This document shows, piece after piece, positions 15,498 to 30,459 of a stretch of DNA of 64,000 bases. The stretch is taken from assembly GCF_009914755.1 (NCBI RefSeq), contig NC_060927.1; one strand, 5' to 3'. The stretch is from the human T2T-CHM13v2.0 reference genome, Homo sapiens. Each line of letters starts with the position of its first letter. The first letter of the stretch is position 1. A program made the translations under genes and the position numbers. The notes under the pieces were generated by a model. It had not been told where the DNA came from. It worked only from the letters and a program-made list of their open reading frames with translations, and did no database searches.

Positions 15498-17282
15498 TTT
15501 TTCCTTTTATTTTTAGTTGTGACCCTTAATAATTGTGCATATTTATAGGATACAGAGTGATATTTTTGATGCAAGTGTACAGTATGCAGTGATAAATCAG
15601 GGTAATTTGCATATCTATCACCTCAGACATTTATCATTTCTTTGTGCTGTGAACATTCAAACTCTCTTCTAGATACTTGAAAATAAACAATAAATAATTA
15701 TTAACTAAGGTCACCCTATACTACTATAGGACACTGAACTTATTCCTCCTATCTACTGTCATTTTGTATATGTTAATCAACCTCTCCCTATCCTCCTCTC
15801 CCTGCTACTCTCACAAGCCTCTAATAACCACAATTCTACTCTCTACTTTTATATGCTCAACTTTTTTAGCTCCCCCATATGAGTGAGAACATGTGGTATT
15901 TATCTTTCTGTGCCTGATGTATTTCACTTAACATAATGTCCTCCAGGCTCATATTGCCCCATGTGACAGGATTTTATTCTGTTTTATGTCTGAATGGTAT
16001 TCCATTGTGTATCACATTTTGTTTATCCGTTCATCTATTGATGAACACTTTGGTTGCTTCTCTATTTTGGCTATTGTGAATAGTGCTGAAATAAACATGG
16101 GGGTGCAGATATTCAGTATACTGATTTTCTTTCCTTTGCATAAGTAACACAATAGCAGGATTGCTGGATCATATGGTAATTCTATTTTTAGTGGGTTTTT
16201 TTTTCTCTTTTTTTAGTAGCTATGTCACCCGGGCTGGAGTACATTGATACAACCATAACTCACTGTAGTCTCAAACTCCTGGATTCAAGTGATCCTCCCA
16301 CCTTAGCTTCCCAAATAGCTAGCACTACAGGCACGCACTACCACACCTGGCTAATTTTTAATATTTGTAGAGATGAGGTCTCGTTACGTTTCTCAGTCTG
16401 GTCTTGAACACCTGGTCTTGAGTGATCCTCTCTGTTTGGTCCCTCAAAATGCTGGGATTACAGACATAAGCCACTGCACCTGGCCTATTTTTAGTTTTTT
16501 AAGGAATCTCCATACTGCTTTCCATAATGGCTCTACTAATTTACATTCCCACTAACAATATATGAGTTCCCTTTTCTCTGCATCCTTGCCAGCATTTGTT
16601 AATTTTTGTCTTTTTGATAGTAGCTGTTCTAATGGGATAAGATGATATCTAATTGTGGTTTTGATTTGCATTTCCCTGATAATTAGTGACATTGAGCATT
16701 TTTTCATTTATTTGCTGGCCTTTTGTATATCTTTTTTGAGAAATTTCTCTTCAGATACTTTGTCCATTTTTTAATGAGTTTATTTAATTTTTTTTATTTT
16801 TTGCTGTTGAGTTCCTTGTATATTTTGGATATTAGTTCCTTATTTGATAAATAGTTTGCAAATATCTTATCCCATTCTACAGCTTCTCTCTACTCTGTTG
16901 ATTGTTTTCTTTATTGTACAAAAGCTTTTTAGTCTAATATAGTTTTTCAGTACCATTTATTGAAGAGAATGTTCTTTCCTCAATGTATGTTCTTGGTGCT
17001 TTTGTTGAAAATCAGTTGAAGTAAATACATGGATTTATTTCTGGGTTTTGTATTCTATTTCATTGGCCTATGTGTCTGTTTTTATACTAATGCCATGCTG
17101 TCTGGGTTACTATAGCTTTGAAGTCAGGTCGTGTGATACCTCCAGTTTTGTCCTTTTTGCTCAATGTTGCTTTGGCTATTCAGGGTATTTCATGGTTTTC
17201 TACAAATTTTAGGATTTTTTTTTCTATTTTTGTGAAGAATGTCATTGGTATTTTGACAAGAATTGCATTGAATCTGTAGATT
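15498..17282 (-). mobile_element. L1MA-class element with internal deletion (~16940), interrupted by AluJ
   Basis: Antisense L1 3'UTR/ORF2 motifs through 'gaattgcattgaatctgtagatt'; TSD-like aaaagcca(t/c)acatt at ~15485 and ~17285. Confidence 0.88.
16194..16484 (-). mobile_element. AluJ nested in L1MA
   Basis: Diverged Alu with J-type 'ctcaaactcctggattcaagtgatcctccc'; TSD ctatttttagt on both sides. Confidence 0.9.
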
Positions 17283-19129
17283 GAAAAAGCCACACATTCC
17301 TAAGCAGCATGATAATAATTCATGAGTGCTTTTATACTGGAACTTCCAGGATAAAGGTCTTGAAACTGTCTATACCAGAAGGACCTTATTTTTTTAATGA
17401 AGCAAAGGTTATAGGGCTTACATACATCTTCTTGCATCTTTTTTGTCTGTGGTCTCACTCCAATTTTTAATGTCTAGAGCATTAAATAAATTCCCATTTT
17501 ACTGACAAGAAAAAATGAGGGAAATATGAGGAAGAAGAAAAGACCGAAACTGGCAGAAAAGCAATGGTAATTGTGGAATTCAAGCCAGGAGATCCCTGTT
17601 GTTCATCACTGCTCACTGCTGAGTCTCGCTTTGCTGAATATCACCGTACCTCCACAAAACATAACGAGATGGAAGAATACATACAGATTATCCAGCAGCT
17701 GATATTTCTGTGGGTTATCAGCTGGGGTGGTGATTGCTTGAACAGATTCCCCACTATGGCATTTGAGAGTGAAATCAAAGAACAGCAGTGGCAGGTGTTT
17801 GGAAACTGCATTTGGAATTGGCCTCCTACAGAAAGAAGCTAGATACTGACTTCGTGGGTGATGAGAGAAGTCGACAGCATTCTCAGAGGGAAGTTGCTTC
17901 TATGGCAGCTTTCCAAGCACACAGATTTAGGTTTCTTTCACATTAAATCCCTGAAGATATATATAGGGCTTGAGGAGCGGGGAGCAACAGGGATGCCACC
18001 TTCATATGTTGAGTATCTCCTCTTTTGGAGATAAAACTGTCGATGCTAACCCGAAGGAGAGTATTTAGGATTCATCAACTCTGAGTGCAATGAAAGTATA
18101 AAAAAGCACCAGTTCATCCAACATGCTGTGCACCCACAGTTCCCATTTTTCTATTTCCAAAAAGATTGGTTTCTGAGTCATTCCCAAGTGACACTGCTCC
18201 ACTTTTCACCTGGCTCACCAAAGCTCTGCTTGGCCTTTCAAGATAGAGTCGAGTCATCACTACCCACATTTTCACTCATTGGTTAGTTTCTCCCACATTT
18301 TATTCTCGGCCTTGAGAAGCAAAGAAACCAACAAAAAAACCAATGTCATTGGTGTTTGCTGTAAATATACATAGATTTCCTCTGATTACAAAGTCACTGA
18401 AAATCACATAAAGGCAAAGTGGCAGAGCAGGTGACTTTTGATTCAAACAATGTAGTTTGACATCTATTTGATACAGCTTTCTGTGAATCCTTGGCAGTGT
18501 ACATGCTCAGTAGAGATCCTTGAATGAATTAGTGAGGAGCACAGATGAACTCCATTGTCTGTAATAAACGCTTGACTCATTCCTGACCCCTGCCCCCACC
18601 TTGTATGCACACACGTTTATATACACGTTTGCTGGAGTTCTGAAGGTATTGCTCTTAGAGGCCAATATGCATTTTCACCTCAGTTCAAGGTGAAGGGGCT
18701 GCTCTCTAAGGATCTTAACTATTTTATTTCCTCACATATGGCAACTTTGTGGAGAGACTTTGAGTTCAGCGAATTAGGTAGAAATCTTATTTTATTCCAA
18801 CCGATGAATTTTTTTGAGTTAAACATCTCCACTCACCATATCTTACCACATCTCACACATTGGTTATGAAATCCATCTTAGAGATTATGACTAAATGAAC
18901 TGTTGCTCTTCAGGAGGAATAATTTGTCTCTATTATATTGATAGCAGCCTTAACACCTACCAGTTATAAAATTCTGGGCGTGTTATTTAATTTTTTTTCA
19001 GCACCAAATGTCTCATATGCAAATAACATGGAATGATTCTAAGAAATAGGTGGTATTGTGGGGATTAAAAATTGCATTCCAGGTTCATACTTTGCTAAAA
19101 TAAATAACAGCTTCTGGGAATGGAGAACT

Positions 19130-19620
19130 TTTGTTTGTATTGGCTCAATTTCTATTTCCAGTTTTCCCATAGAGTAGCTCATTTTTTTCTCTGGAGGAGT
19201 CATTATGATCTGGTTGGTGCTTATCCTACCCAATGCTCTGTAGATCAAGTATGGCTGGCCAATCAAGTGTTTTGTGACCCCTGGTAGTCCAGTGAGACTC
19301 AGACCTGGAACCTTGGTACATATATTGGTAAAAAGAAACTGTCTTTTTGCTGGACTTAAAACTGGCCGAGTGCAAACCTGGTGCTTCAGAGAACCACTTC
19401 ACACATGAAAATTTCTTGAGAGTGAAAATAAAGCAGAAAAGAGTAGAACTGAGATATGGGAAAGAGAAAGATGAAATCTTCCTCACAAAGGTTGAGTATC
19501 TACGTGGCCAACTCTGAAATGAGCACCATTCTAGACTTTTCCACCAAGAGGTGCTCTAAATATTCCTTATTTGTTTAAGCTGATTTGAGTTAGCTTTTGG
19601 CATCTGCAACTGGAAGTCGC
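19130..19620 (+). mobile_element. Old MaLR LTR (MLT1J/K/L-like)
   Basis: 3' motif 'ttccttatttgtttaagctgatttgagttagcttttggcatctgcaac'; boundaries approximate. Confidence 0.55.
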
Positions 19621-20642
19621 AATTAACTTGTTTCTCATTAATGTAATTATTGAGAGTAAAACTACCACAACACTACCCACCTGGGTCACTCTACCTTGTT
19701 ATACAAAGTTGATGCTCAATAAAGGCAGAACACCAAAAGCCTCATATTCAAGTAGGACAGAACCAAGGAAAAGGGCCACTCATAATAAAGGTGGACATTC
19801 TGAGCCATTTCATTATTCATACCTCTAGTTTCCCAAGGCATGCTAGGTAATATTCTAAGCTTTTTGTTAAACTCAAAAATTATTTTGGTTATAGCTGGAT
19901 TTCAATGATTCATACTTTAAAAAATATATTTCCACAAGCCAGTGCATTCAAAATGAACTTATGAATTACTATCATTAGTGAGATTAAGAAATGGCATTCT
20001 CATATAGGCCAAAATACTTGGCTAAAGCCACTTAAACTCATTCCCTTTCATTATTTTATAATGTACTTTGTGACAGTTATTCTAACAAGATGCACTGAAA
20101 GGAGGTACTAATGAACTGAACCTATTCAGGAGACAGACGTTCGCTAACCAACTGCATGATGGGAAAAAAATGAAAGGTTGAGGTTGTTGAAAAACTCTGT
20201 TAACCCGAATATTCCAATTGCAGTCTTTCATATTCAGAGTGTGTTAATATTTTTCATGGGAAAATGTATTTCTTAAAGTGGGCTTTAATTATTCTTGAAA
20301 CTAAATATCCATTTGAATGTCCCTGCCTGGTCATATAAAAACAGCTTCATGGAAGGAAGTCATCACTGAAACTGCTTCCTCCAATTTCCTGGCCGAGTTA
20401 TGTTGGCTGGAGTAGCACCTTCTCATGAGATCATAATCATGGAATCCTTTGTGGAGAATTATTGACAGCACATCAATAAGAGCTCATAAAACATGTGCTG
20501 GAATTAATGGGGCTTCAACAAAGATCTCAGACATGAATTAGCTGTTCTAATGAAAATTAGATTATGTTTGCTAAACACTAAGACATTGAATAATATCTCA
20601 ACATATGTAATGTTACAACACAAGATATACAAGATACATCAT

Positions 20643-21026
20643 TGTCTTAATCTGTTCAGGCTGCTATAACCAAATACCATAAACTGGGTGACTTATAAAC
20701 AACAGAAATGTATTTCTCAAGGTTCTGGAGACTGGCAAGTCCATGGTCAAAGCTCTGGCAGATTCAGTGTCTGGTGAAGGCCTGCCTTCTGGTTCACAGA
20801 TGGTGTCTTCTCAATGTGATCTCAGTGGTGGAAGGAACAAGGCAACTCTCTGGGGCCTTTTCCGTAAAGGCACTAGTCACATTTGTGAGGGCAGAGCTCT
20901 CATCACCTAATCACCTCCCCAAGGTTTCACCTTCTAGTATAATCACCTTGGAAGTTAGGATTTCAACATATGAATTTGGAGGGGGTAGGGAGGGCTTGGG
21001 AGGACACAAACATTCAGACCATAGCA
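20643..21026 (-). mobile_element. MaLR solo LTR (MLT1A/MST-like)
   Basis: TG...CA ends; 'tgtcttaatctgttcaggctgctataac...ggatttcaacatatgaatttgg...cacaaacattcagaccatagca'. Confidence 0.9.
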
Positions 21027-21509
21027 ATAACATTCACTGCTGATGCTCAAGTAGATAGTTGACTCAGTTGGTTTTTAATGCTACGCACACATCAGGTACA
21101 AATGGATAACAAGGCATGTATGTATGAATTCATGTTTTCATGAATTTAACTCCTGGCATCCTGAGGGGGTGACACAACTTGGAGGCAGATTATCTCAAAG
21201 TAACCAATGTATAATAGGGTTCTGAATTTTTTTACCTATACACTTTTTGCCTTAAAATTTTATTGGTTTTTGTTCAATTACAAATATATTCCTTATTGTT
21301 AAAAAGTCAAAGTGTATTCAAAGATGTTGAGTTGGTCAGAGCCCAATCAGAAATGAAAAATCACATAGTAATTGGGATAGAAAGTTGCATATAAAGATTA
21401 TGAACTGTAATAGGAGATTAGAGTATCAAGAGATTGACTGACTGACAAGAATTAAAGAGAACTTTACAAAATATCATAATAGCAGATATAAAAAGGCATC
21501 ACTGAAACT

Positions 21510-21830
21510 GAGGGGTTAATTTGATCAGATGTGTCTGCCCTCCTTGCTTTTGGTCATTTGCTTTTTGTTATTTTTTTTTTTTTCCTTTTTCCATGAAGGC
21601 GAAGGCCAGGGTAGCTGAAGTCCTCACCACTAAATACTGAAACCTAACGTTCACTGGTCACTTTATGGATAACATTCATAGGCCACCATGGTAATGTTCG
21701 CTTCAGTTGCTTTTTCAGGAACTTGGGTCAGCTTCTGTCTAGTTCACACCCGTTGAGACACAGCCCTTCAACTGGGCCTGTACAAGTGTCCAAGAGGTGG
21801 TCTTTTGACATCAGAGGGCTGGTAACACCA
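21510..21830. mobile_element. Probable ERV1-class LTR fragment (family not resolved), likely inside another old LTR-like segment (~21330-21900)
   Basis: 'caggaacttgggtcagcttctgtctagttc...cccttcaactgggcctg...ttttgacatcagagggc' resembles MER-type ERV1 LTRs. Confidence 0.45.
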
Positions 21831-23519
21831 CTACCATTAGGGCTGAGGTAGGGGACCCCAGGAAGAACCTTCCTCCCTCAGGCTGAGACCTGGACCTTGT
21901 GGGATTTCTCAGACCTTCTTAATTTTACCAGTTAATTTTCCTTATTGGTTACATGAACTGAATAAAGAAATTCAGGATTTTCTCTGAAGAATCGGCAATG
22001 TGATGCCAGATGTAAGATCTGGAAGAAGCAGTTTACAGGTTTCCTTCAGCTAAATTGTGCAAAAACGAAACTTTAATTTTCCATGCATAGTACATTATAT
22101 GACCTATATAGTCAGCTAATTTTGAAAATTTTATTTCCTGATGATGACAACTTGGTAGGGTATTAAATGGGACTGTTTAATCAAAAGCTGGCACAAAGTG
22201 GCTAAATACAAAAAGAAAGGGTGGAATTGTTTTGTTAATCCTTTCCTTTGCCAAATTGATGGCTGATGATTAAAAGTTTTGTAATATCTTAACAGAAACA
22301 TGGACATTTCAGATAATCATAATATTTAAACACTTTTTTGCCTAGTTCTCTTCTCTCCATAGCCTCAATCAATGCATAATTATATAAGAGAACATTTACA
22401 CCGAATGAAAATGTCACCTTATTAATGAGTATTTAAACCCATAGTTTAAGGTTAGTTTGCTTTAGATCAATATTTAGGTTTGAAACTTGTAGAAACTAAT
22501 GATCTATGGAATTCTTTGGGGGTGAAGGCTTTAAAACATATCCCACTTTTTTGATTTATGGATTTACTTGGGCTAATTTCTAAACAGGCATTCCCAGATG
22601 GAAATACTTCAGTGAAATATCACTTTTTGAATATTAAATTTTTACTGGAGAGTAATTTTGAGAAGCAAAGATTTGAATCATGGTAGAGATGTGTGTATTT
22701 ATACTTTTTGGACAAAAATTAACTTTTATGTATACCTCAAATAGTAAGGAATCTTCTTAGTTTTCTCTGTCTTCCTTTTACCTCCCTTTTCATTTGTCAA
22801 GAATTTAGTATTAATATATGTATTATGGAAGAAAGTAAGAACTAACAATTATGACTGCATTGACTTGAGTTCATGTTACAAAGTTTATCAATAAGTTATT
22901 AGAACTCAGGAGCGCTGAATTTAAATTCAGAAACTTATTTACAATTAATGTGCCTGAGTTTCTATTTATCAATTCATTCTGTTGAACTTCCACTTTATGG
23001 TAAAACAGATACAATTCTTTCTTCCTGAATATTTGGTAAGAGGATTTTTTTTTCCCAATATTTCACCCTTTATCCAGGACAGGCACCTGAAATTCTGTGT
23101 GAACTACACCCCTAGCCTGACCCAGCCCCAAACAAAAACAGTCACCATGATGATGATATTACTAGCATTTGAAGAAGGGTCTATGCTTATTGGATAGCTC
23201 TCAAGTCACACATAGATGATTTTAAGTAGTGCTTAGTTTAACTTCTAATCTCTTGAAGGCTTAGTTGCCAAAACAATTAGCAGGTTTAGTCAGGGAGAAG
23301 GAAGCAGTCCATCTGCTTCTTTTGTGCCACTGAGAGCAAACAGCCAACTGATCGACTGAATCCCTCAGACAATTAGTCAGAACCATTTGCAGCCCCCATG
23401 TCCCTGTAACAACCTTGTTGACACATTTATAGATGAGAAGACAGATGGTTTTGCTGGAAGTGAATTTGCCTTTTAAATATATAATAGCACCTTATAAATA
23501 AATGGTGTTTATACATAAT

Positions 23520-23705
23520 AGTGTAAAAGGCTTTCTTATACATTCTGAAATCTGATGTTCACAGGAGCTCTTTTGTAAAATAGGTGGTTTTACACATAAG
23601 GCAATAGAGTATTACAGAGGTAAAGTGATTACCCAAGTTTATATATGAGCTGGGATTAGAACCACCAGTCTTTTGACTGCCAATCCAGTGTTTTCTCTAC
23701 TACAC
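23520..23705 (-). mobile_element. MIR
   Basis: 'agaggtaaagtgattacccaag...gagctgggattagaacc...ccagtgttttctctactacac'. Confidence 0.65.
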
Positions 23706-26660
23706 TTTTAGAAATGATGAAGAGAATGGGATGCTCTTAGATATTTTATGGCAAATGATCTAAGAATACTCATATCTTCTTCCCAACTATACCACTCCAC
23801 TTCATGGTGTCCCCTTAGGAGACCAGTGAACAAGGAAAGCTGTTTAAGAAAGCACAGTAACATTGCATGTGTAACTAAGAATGTACAAAATAGCAGGTCA
23901 GAACTCTTGTAAACTGGGGGCAAAGAATGTCATCTAGCCAAATGCAAGACTCTTCCATCTCTCTTGAACACAAAGGGAAATCTCAAGCTGTTGTCATTGG
24001 TCAACTCCATAGGAGCACAAACGAGGGCAGAGAAGAGAGCAGCAGAAGATGTATGATTTAGAACATAGCATAACCCTTCCTTTTTTAAAATCACTCCAGC
24101 TGCATAGAGAGAAGGAGCACCATGCTCACCCTTGCATCGGGTTTATATGACCTTTGACTATACAGTGACCCTGCCCACTAGTAAACAGGAACCATTCTGT
24201 GACATAGACCTAGTATGTCCTAGCGTCTGAACTGTTAAGTGTATATCACTCTCCTTTGGAAAGACACAGAGTGGACAGGGAGGAAGGACAGAAGAATCTT
24301 GCTTCCTTCCCCTCCTTCAGAGGTCAGCATGCACTCTGAAGCGCTGTAATTTTTACAAAGTCTTTTCAAAAGAACTCATGTATATTCCTTTACTGATTTG
24401 TACTGTCAGGGAATAAGCAGACATACCTCCTTTTATCAGTCTAGGCTTTGCTGTACAGAGACAGAGAGCAACTTAACCATGGACACAGAATGGCAAGTAG
24501 CATTAAGTAATTCTGTTTTGACCACACTTATTTCTGCCAAAGAAAGCTTTGAGATGATAAAATCAGCTCTAGTGTGGATATTTTGATATTTTTATTTGAT
24601 TGAGATTGGGGAAAAACACCACTATAGATATAAATCGTCACAGCATATTTTGGGCTTACCTATTTAAACTAAAGAATGAATTTTTTATGTCTTCACAGTG
24701 GTTAGGTCAGTTATCTGCGGTTATAAGAAAAAAATTAGGGTTGCAAAATAGTACTTATATTTTTCATAAAATTGCAAATAAGAATAATTATTTCATACTA
24801 AAAGTTTTGGTACTTGACCTATTGGAAGGAGTATAAAATGAATAAAGTCTGTCTCTATTGCAGATTTAAATAGAAGGAAAAGAATGCAGCATTTGCTTGG
24901 TGATGTTCTGTAATACTTTTCCAGATACCCTGAGATTAGCCCAATTACCTTCTGGGGATGTTTTTGGACTAACAATACTATTTCCACAGGAGACTCAACA
25001 TATAATGGAAGAAACTGTTGAGAAGTCCAACTCTTCAAGACTTTTTAAAAATTGTGTTTTCAGCTTACAAATGAATCAGCGCAAAGAGAAATAGTACTTT
25101 AGAGTGAAAAACAGAACACAAATCCTGAACTCCAGCTAAGTGTGCTTTTCCTAGGCTGTATGAAGTCACTTCCCATGGTGCCTTGGGAGCAACATTGTTG
25201 CCTTTTAATTTCCTCTGAATTGGATCATCAGTTTTCCTTATGACTTTCTTAAGACAAATGACCCAGCTTTTCCTCCTCTTTTCCAGGCAATGGATAGATG
25301 GCTATGAATGGGCAGAGGAAAGGATGTGTGGCAGGCACACTAGCATCCCATTTAATGCTTCATTCAAAGGTTTTATTTTTCATCCGCCATGGATGAAAAC
25401 CCAAAAAGTCCATTTCACTTTGGAGCCAAAGCCAAAAGCAGGACTAACAGAAAGCGCAGGGTGTGAGAAAGACATAAAATCTGTAATTGGAAAATCTTGA
25501 AGTTTTGCAAATTATCTGAATAGTGCCACATAAAAATTTAATTCCAGAGATTTCGTTTTGCCCTTCTGTCATGTTAATTTTGTTTTGTAAACTATTAGCT
25601 CTCAGCTTTGGCCTGACCAACACCTTGCCCTGCCTAAGTCTGCAGTAATACAGCCTAAAATCAGGTTAGTATACTAGCAAGATGCATATACTTTACACAG
25701 CTTCAGATGGGAGCTGGTAAGAGCTTTTTGTTGAAATGAATGAGCTTAGGAGATCCTCTGCAAAGGTTTAGTCCCTTCTCCTGCCCTGCTTGTGGCATTA
25801 TCCTAAGTCCATCTGTGACTCTGTGTTTAGGTAAGAACGTTTCTAATGAACCCTTCCAGTCTATTACATACACCAGAACTAATAAAGTACTCACTGATCC
25901 TTTTAAAAGTTTGCTCTGTTTAAATAAATATTCGTAGACTGTTCTTTGCACAGTCTAAACAATCCTTCTTTTCTTAAATATTAAAAATGTGACATATGAA
26001 GCAACCATGCCAACTGGTTACAAGTTCTAAATTAGCAGTGTCTAAATTAATGAGGTTTTACTGTATATTAAAGTATAATACATCTCTAGCACCTGTGCCT
26101 GATGAATTTTTGTTCCTAGCAATTAGATGTTATTTAATTATAGTTAGAGTCTCTCACATCACCTAGTTTAATTGCCACATTAAAAACTATTTTGAGAGTT
26201 GATTTGCCTAACATCACAAATTTAGTTTGGGAACTGAAAATGCCATTTATTTGTCCTACTTAAGTGTTATTGGTAAGAATTAAGTGCAGGCATATATTGT
26301 TATATAAACTGTCATTTTGATGTAGACTACATAGCATATCTGTGTGTGTGTTGTATGTAACACTTAGCATATGGTGACTCTTAAGTAATGATGTGAGACG
26401 TGTGTGTGTGTGTGCATTGGAAAAAGTGTGATGAAATAAACTACATTTTTTTATCTCCTATTTCCTAAGAAGCATTTTAAGTTGATATTTATCCTCTTGA
26501 ACAGAGAGCAGAAAAAAGATCAACTTATCCCTGATGGATTATATGATTGTATGATTATTAGTCTTCCCTGGATTTTGGCTAAAAACTAGATTTGGGGGTG
26601 GTGATTGGCACTGGATCATATATCTTAATCATACCAGTGAGCTTTATCTTTCTTTAATGA

Positions 26661-26702
26661 TTTTTTTTTTCGAGACAAGGTCTTGTTCTGTCACCTAGGC
26701 TG
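26661..26702 (-). mobile_element. Very short Alu 3' fragment
   Basis: 'ttttttttttcgagacaaggtcttgttctgtcacctaggctg'. Confidence 0.7.
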
Positions 26703-26715
26703 TAATAATCTCTTT

Positions 26716-28110
26716 AACTTTTTATTTTTAAATAATTATAAATTCATAGGAAATTACAAAGAAATGTACCAGGCTGTCTCATGTACTCTTTGCACAGCCT
26801 CCTCCAGTGTTAATTAACATCATGCATAATACCAGTATAATATCAAGGAATACCAGGAAACTGACATTGGTAAAATCTACAGAGCTTTTACAGTTTTTAC
26901 CAGTTATACCTGTACTCATTTGCATGTGTGTGTGTGTAGATCTATGCTCACATGGGTACCTTCATTAACCATCCTCCAGAATTACGATATTTAATGTAAC
27001 ATTGCCACAGGGCTTCCTTAAGCTACCCCTTCATAGCCATACCTACACCTCCTCACCCTCTGCCCTGCCCATCACAACTACTAATCTCTTCTGACTCTAT
27101 ATCTCAACTACTATATAAATGAAATCATATCGTATATACCCTTTTGAGATTGGCTTTTTTCATGCAGCGTAATTTCCTTGAGGTTCATCCAAGTTGTGTG
27201 TGTCAATAGTTCATTTCTTTTTATGGCTGAGTAATATTTCAGAGTTATGGATGGACCACAGTTTGATTAGCCATTCACCCATTGAAGGACATTTGAGTAG
27301 TTTCCTGTTATTGACCATTATAAATAAAGAGACCATGGACATTCTGAGGAAAGTAAATTTTAACTTCACTGAGAGAAATACCACAGTGTGCGATTTCTGG
27401 GTGGTATGGTAAGTCCATTTTTAATTACTAAAGGAACTGCCAAACTATTTTCTAGAGTGACTATACCATATTACAGTTCTAGCAGTTATGTATGAGCAAT
27501 ACAGCTTTTCTGCATCCTCACCAGCATTTGGTGTGATCACTCTTTTTCAGTTTGGTCATTCAGATATATGTGTAGTGAAGTCTCATTGTGGTTTTAATTT
27601 GCATTTTCCTAATGTCTACTGAGGTTGAACATCTTTTCATATGCTTGGTTGCCATAGAAATATCCTTTTCAGTGAAATGTCCATGTCTTTTACCTATTTT
27701 ATAATTAGGTTGGATTTTGAAAGATCTTTATTCTAGGTGCAAGTCCGTTGTCACATATGTGATTTGCAAATATCTTCTTCCAAACTCTAATTTCCCTTTT
27801 CATCCCCTTCATGGGGTCTTTTGCAGATCAAAAGTTTCTAATTTTGATGAGGTCCAACTTATCAATTTTTCCATTAATTGGTTGTTGTTTTGATGTCTAA
27901 GGACTCTTTGCCAAGTCCTAGGTTTAGAAGATCTCCTATTTTTTTTCTAGAGATTTTAGTGTTTTATCTTTTAGATTTATGACCATGATCCATTTTAGTT
28001 AATTTTCCTATAAGGTGTGAGATTTATGTTTATGCTTATTTCTTTTGCTTGTGGATACCCAATTGCTCCAGCACCATTTGTTAAAAAGATTATGTCTCCC
28101 CTATTGAATC
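26716..28110 (-). mobile_element. L1MC1/2-like 5'-truncated element
   Basis: 'tttattttaaataattataaattcataggaa...ccaggaaactgacattggt...ccagcatttggtg...ccaattgctccagcaccatttgtt'. Confidence 0.85.
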
Positions 28111-28119
28111 AAAGAATGA

Positions 28120-28257
28120 TTATTTTATTTTATTTTTTGTAGAGACAGAGTCTTGCTATTTTGCCCAGGCTGGTCTCAAACTCCTGGCCTCAAGAAATCC
28201 ACCCACCTTGGTCTCCTAAAGCGTTGGTATTATAGATGTGAGCCACTCTCCCTAGCC
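28120..28257 (-). mobile_element. FLAM-C / Alu left monomer
   Basis: 'gtagagacagagtcttgctattttgcccaggctggtctcaaactcctggcctcaag'; TSD-like ag(a/c)atgatt. Confidence 0.85.
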
Positions 28258-28324
28258 AGCATGATTTATTTAAAGGTACATAGTCCTTAAATAAACTACA
28301 TGTCCTGCATAAAAATAATTAGAA

Positions 28325-28545
28325 GTATTTGAGCACCCACCCTGTGCCAGGCATATTTCTAAGCACATTCCCTGCATTATTAACTGATTATTATTTGCAG
28401 AAAAAAATGCGTGCAGGGTATTGTTATTATCAACATTTTAGAAATATGGAAGCCAGGTTTTGGAAAAATTAAGTGATTTGCCCAAAGTCATAAAGACAGT
28501 GTGACACAAAGTAGAATCCATGTCTGTCTAACTTGAAAGCCTATA
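28325..28545 (-). mobile_element. MIR
   Basis: 'ttgagcaccc...tgtgccaggcat...aagtgatttgcccaaagtcat'. Confidence 0.65.
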
Positions 28546-29890
28546 ATATGCTTAGTAATAAAATGTTTTCTTACCAAAGGAAGCTCAGAATTAAGGCTTT
28601 TCATCTATCAAGCCTTTATTTTGTTGTATAGTCAGGACCGATGACCTCTTTAGAAGACCCTTAAAAATACGTTTTTTCTATCTCAAGAACTCAGCTGGAG
28701 GTTTGGAGACTGGTTACGAAATTTGACCAGGCATTTGACATATTATCTATGTCCACTTTAAAAAATAAAATGGTAGTCTTCATCCTGAATCAGTTTTTGA
28801 CAATACACTTTGTCGTGCCAGTAGTTACGGCCTGAGCATCTAGCACAGTTTTGCTCCCTTTTACTTGGTTTGTATTTAACAGAACTTCTTCCAAAGCTGT
28901 GTTGATTTTTAGCAGAGGCCATGTAGCTAAGGATGACTTTCTTTATTTATTGAGTCTCTAATTCTTTTTTAAAATCTTGATAAGCTATTTTCCCAGATAT
29001 TAACCTGTAGTAATGTTTTCTTTGTGATTTACATGTTACACCCTCAATTTACATATATTTCTACTGTTCTACTTTTCATTTCATGGAGGCTTGCATAGAT
29101 ATGGATACTAAGACAAAGTGAACAAGAGGGTCACCTGATACCATATGTTCCTTGGAAGGGGATTGATAGCAGAGTTTTACCGTAGTTCCATTTTCTTTCA
29201 TAAACATTTGATACTTTGGTCACCTTTAGCAAATAGAAAATGTCATGGATAGAGCAAAAATCAGAAGATGAATTGCCTTGCTTCCTCTACTGATTACTTG
29301 CTAAATGACCTTGAGCAGCTTCTAATTCTAAACCTGCCCATCCTGCAAGTACAGATCACAAAGGAAATCAATGTTTTGCTCTTGAGGATTAGCTTTTATT
29401 GTCTTCGTGTTTTGCGAAATGTATAAGCTGGTCTTTTGGAAGCAAGAGGAAATATGTTGGTCTTTTACAAGAGTCATAAAAGAGGGCTCATCTAGGACAG
29501 CCAGGGTAATAAAGCGGGTATGGTATAAGACACAGGCATAGGTAATAAAGTGACTCAAAACAGTCTCCAATAATGCAAGCTCCCTGAGGACAGGGATCTG
29601 TGTGTTTTGTTCCCTGCTCTATCTTCAGAGTCAACGACGATGTCCGGTACCATCCTCTGTCTGCTATTTCCATGCCTGTTTCCACATCTCCATGTGGAGC
29701 TTGCAAGGTAATGAAATGAACCTTGGAACTGTTGGCATCCGTTGCCTTCATTGTGTCCAAACAAACCTCCCAGGGGTCCCAACCATCCTGGGGAAACACA
29801 CCTGAACCAAGAATAAAGAATCTCTAATAATCTTGTTCAATCTGCTTTCAGTCCTTTGGTCTCAATATTTTTTCTATAAATTGAGAAGGT

Positions 29891-30459
<569 letters not shown>

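Noticed and set aside
24148-24160. DR1-like nuclear receptor motif tgacctttgacta
   Set aside because: A single imperfect short motif is expected by chance in 64 kb
26661-28257. One Alu split by the L1MC (3' stub at 26661, left arm at 28120)
   Set aside because: L1MC elements predate Alus, and the left monomer has its own TSD-like flanks; more likely two separate insertions
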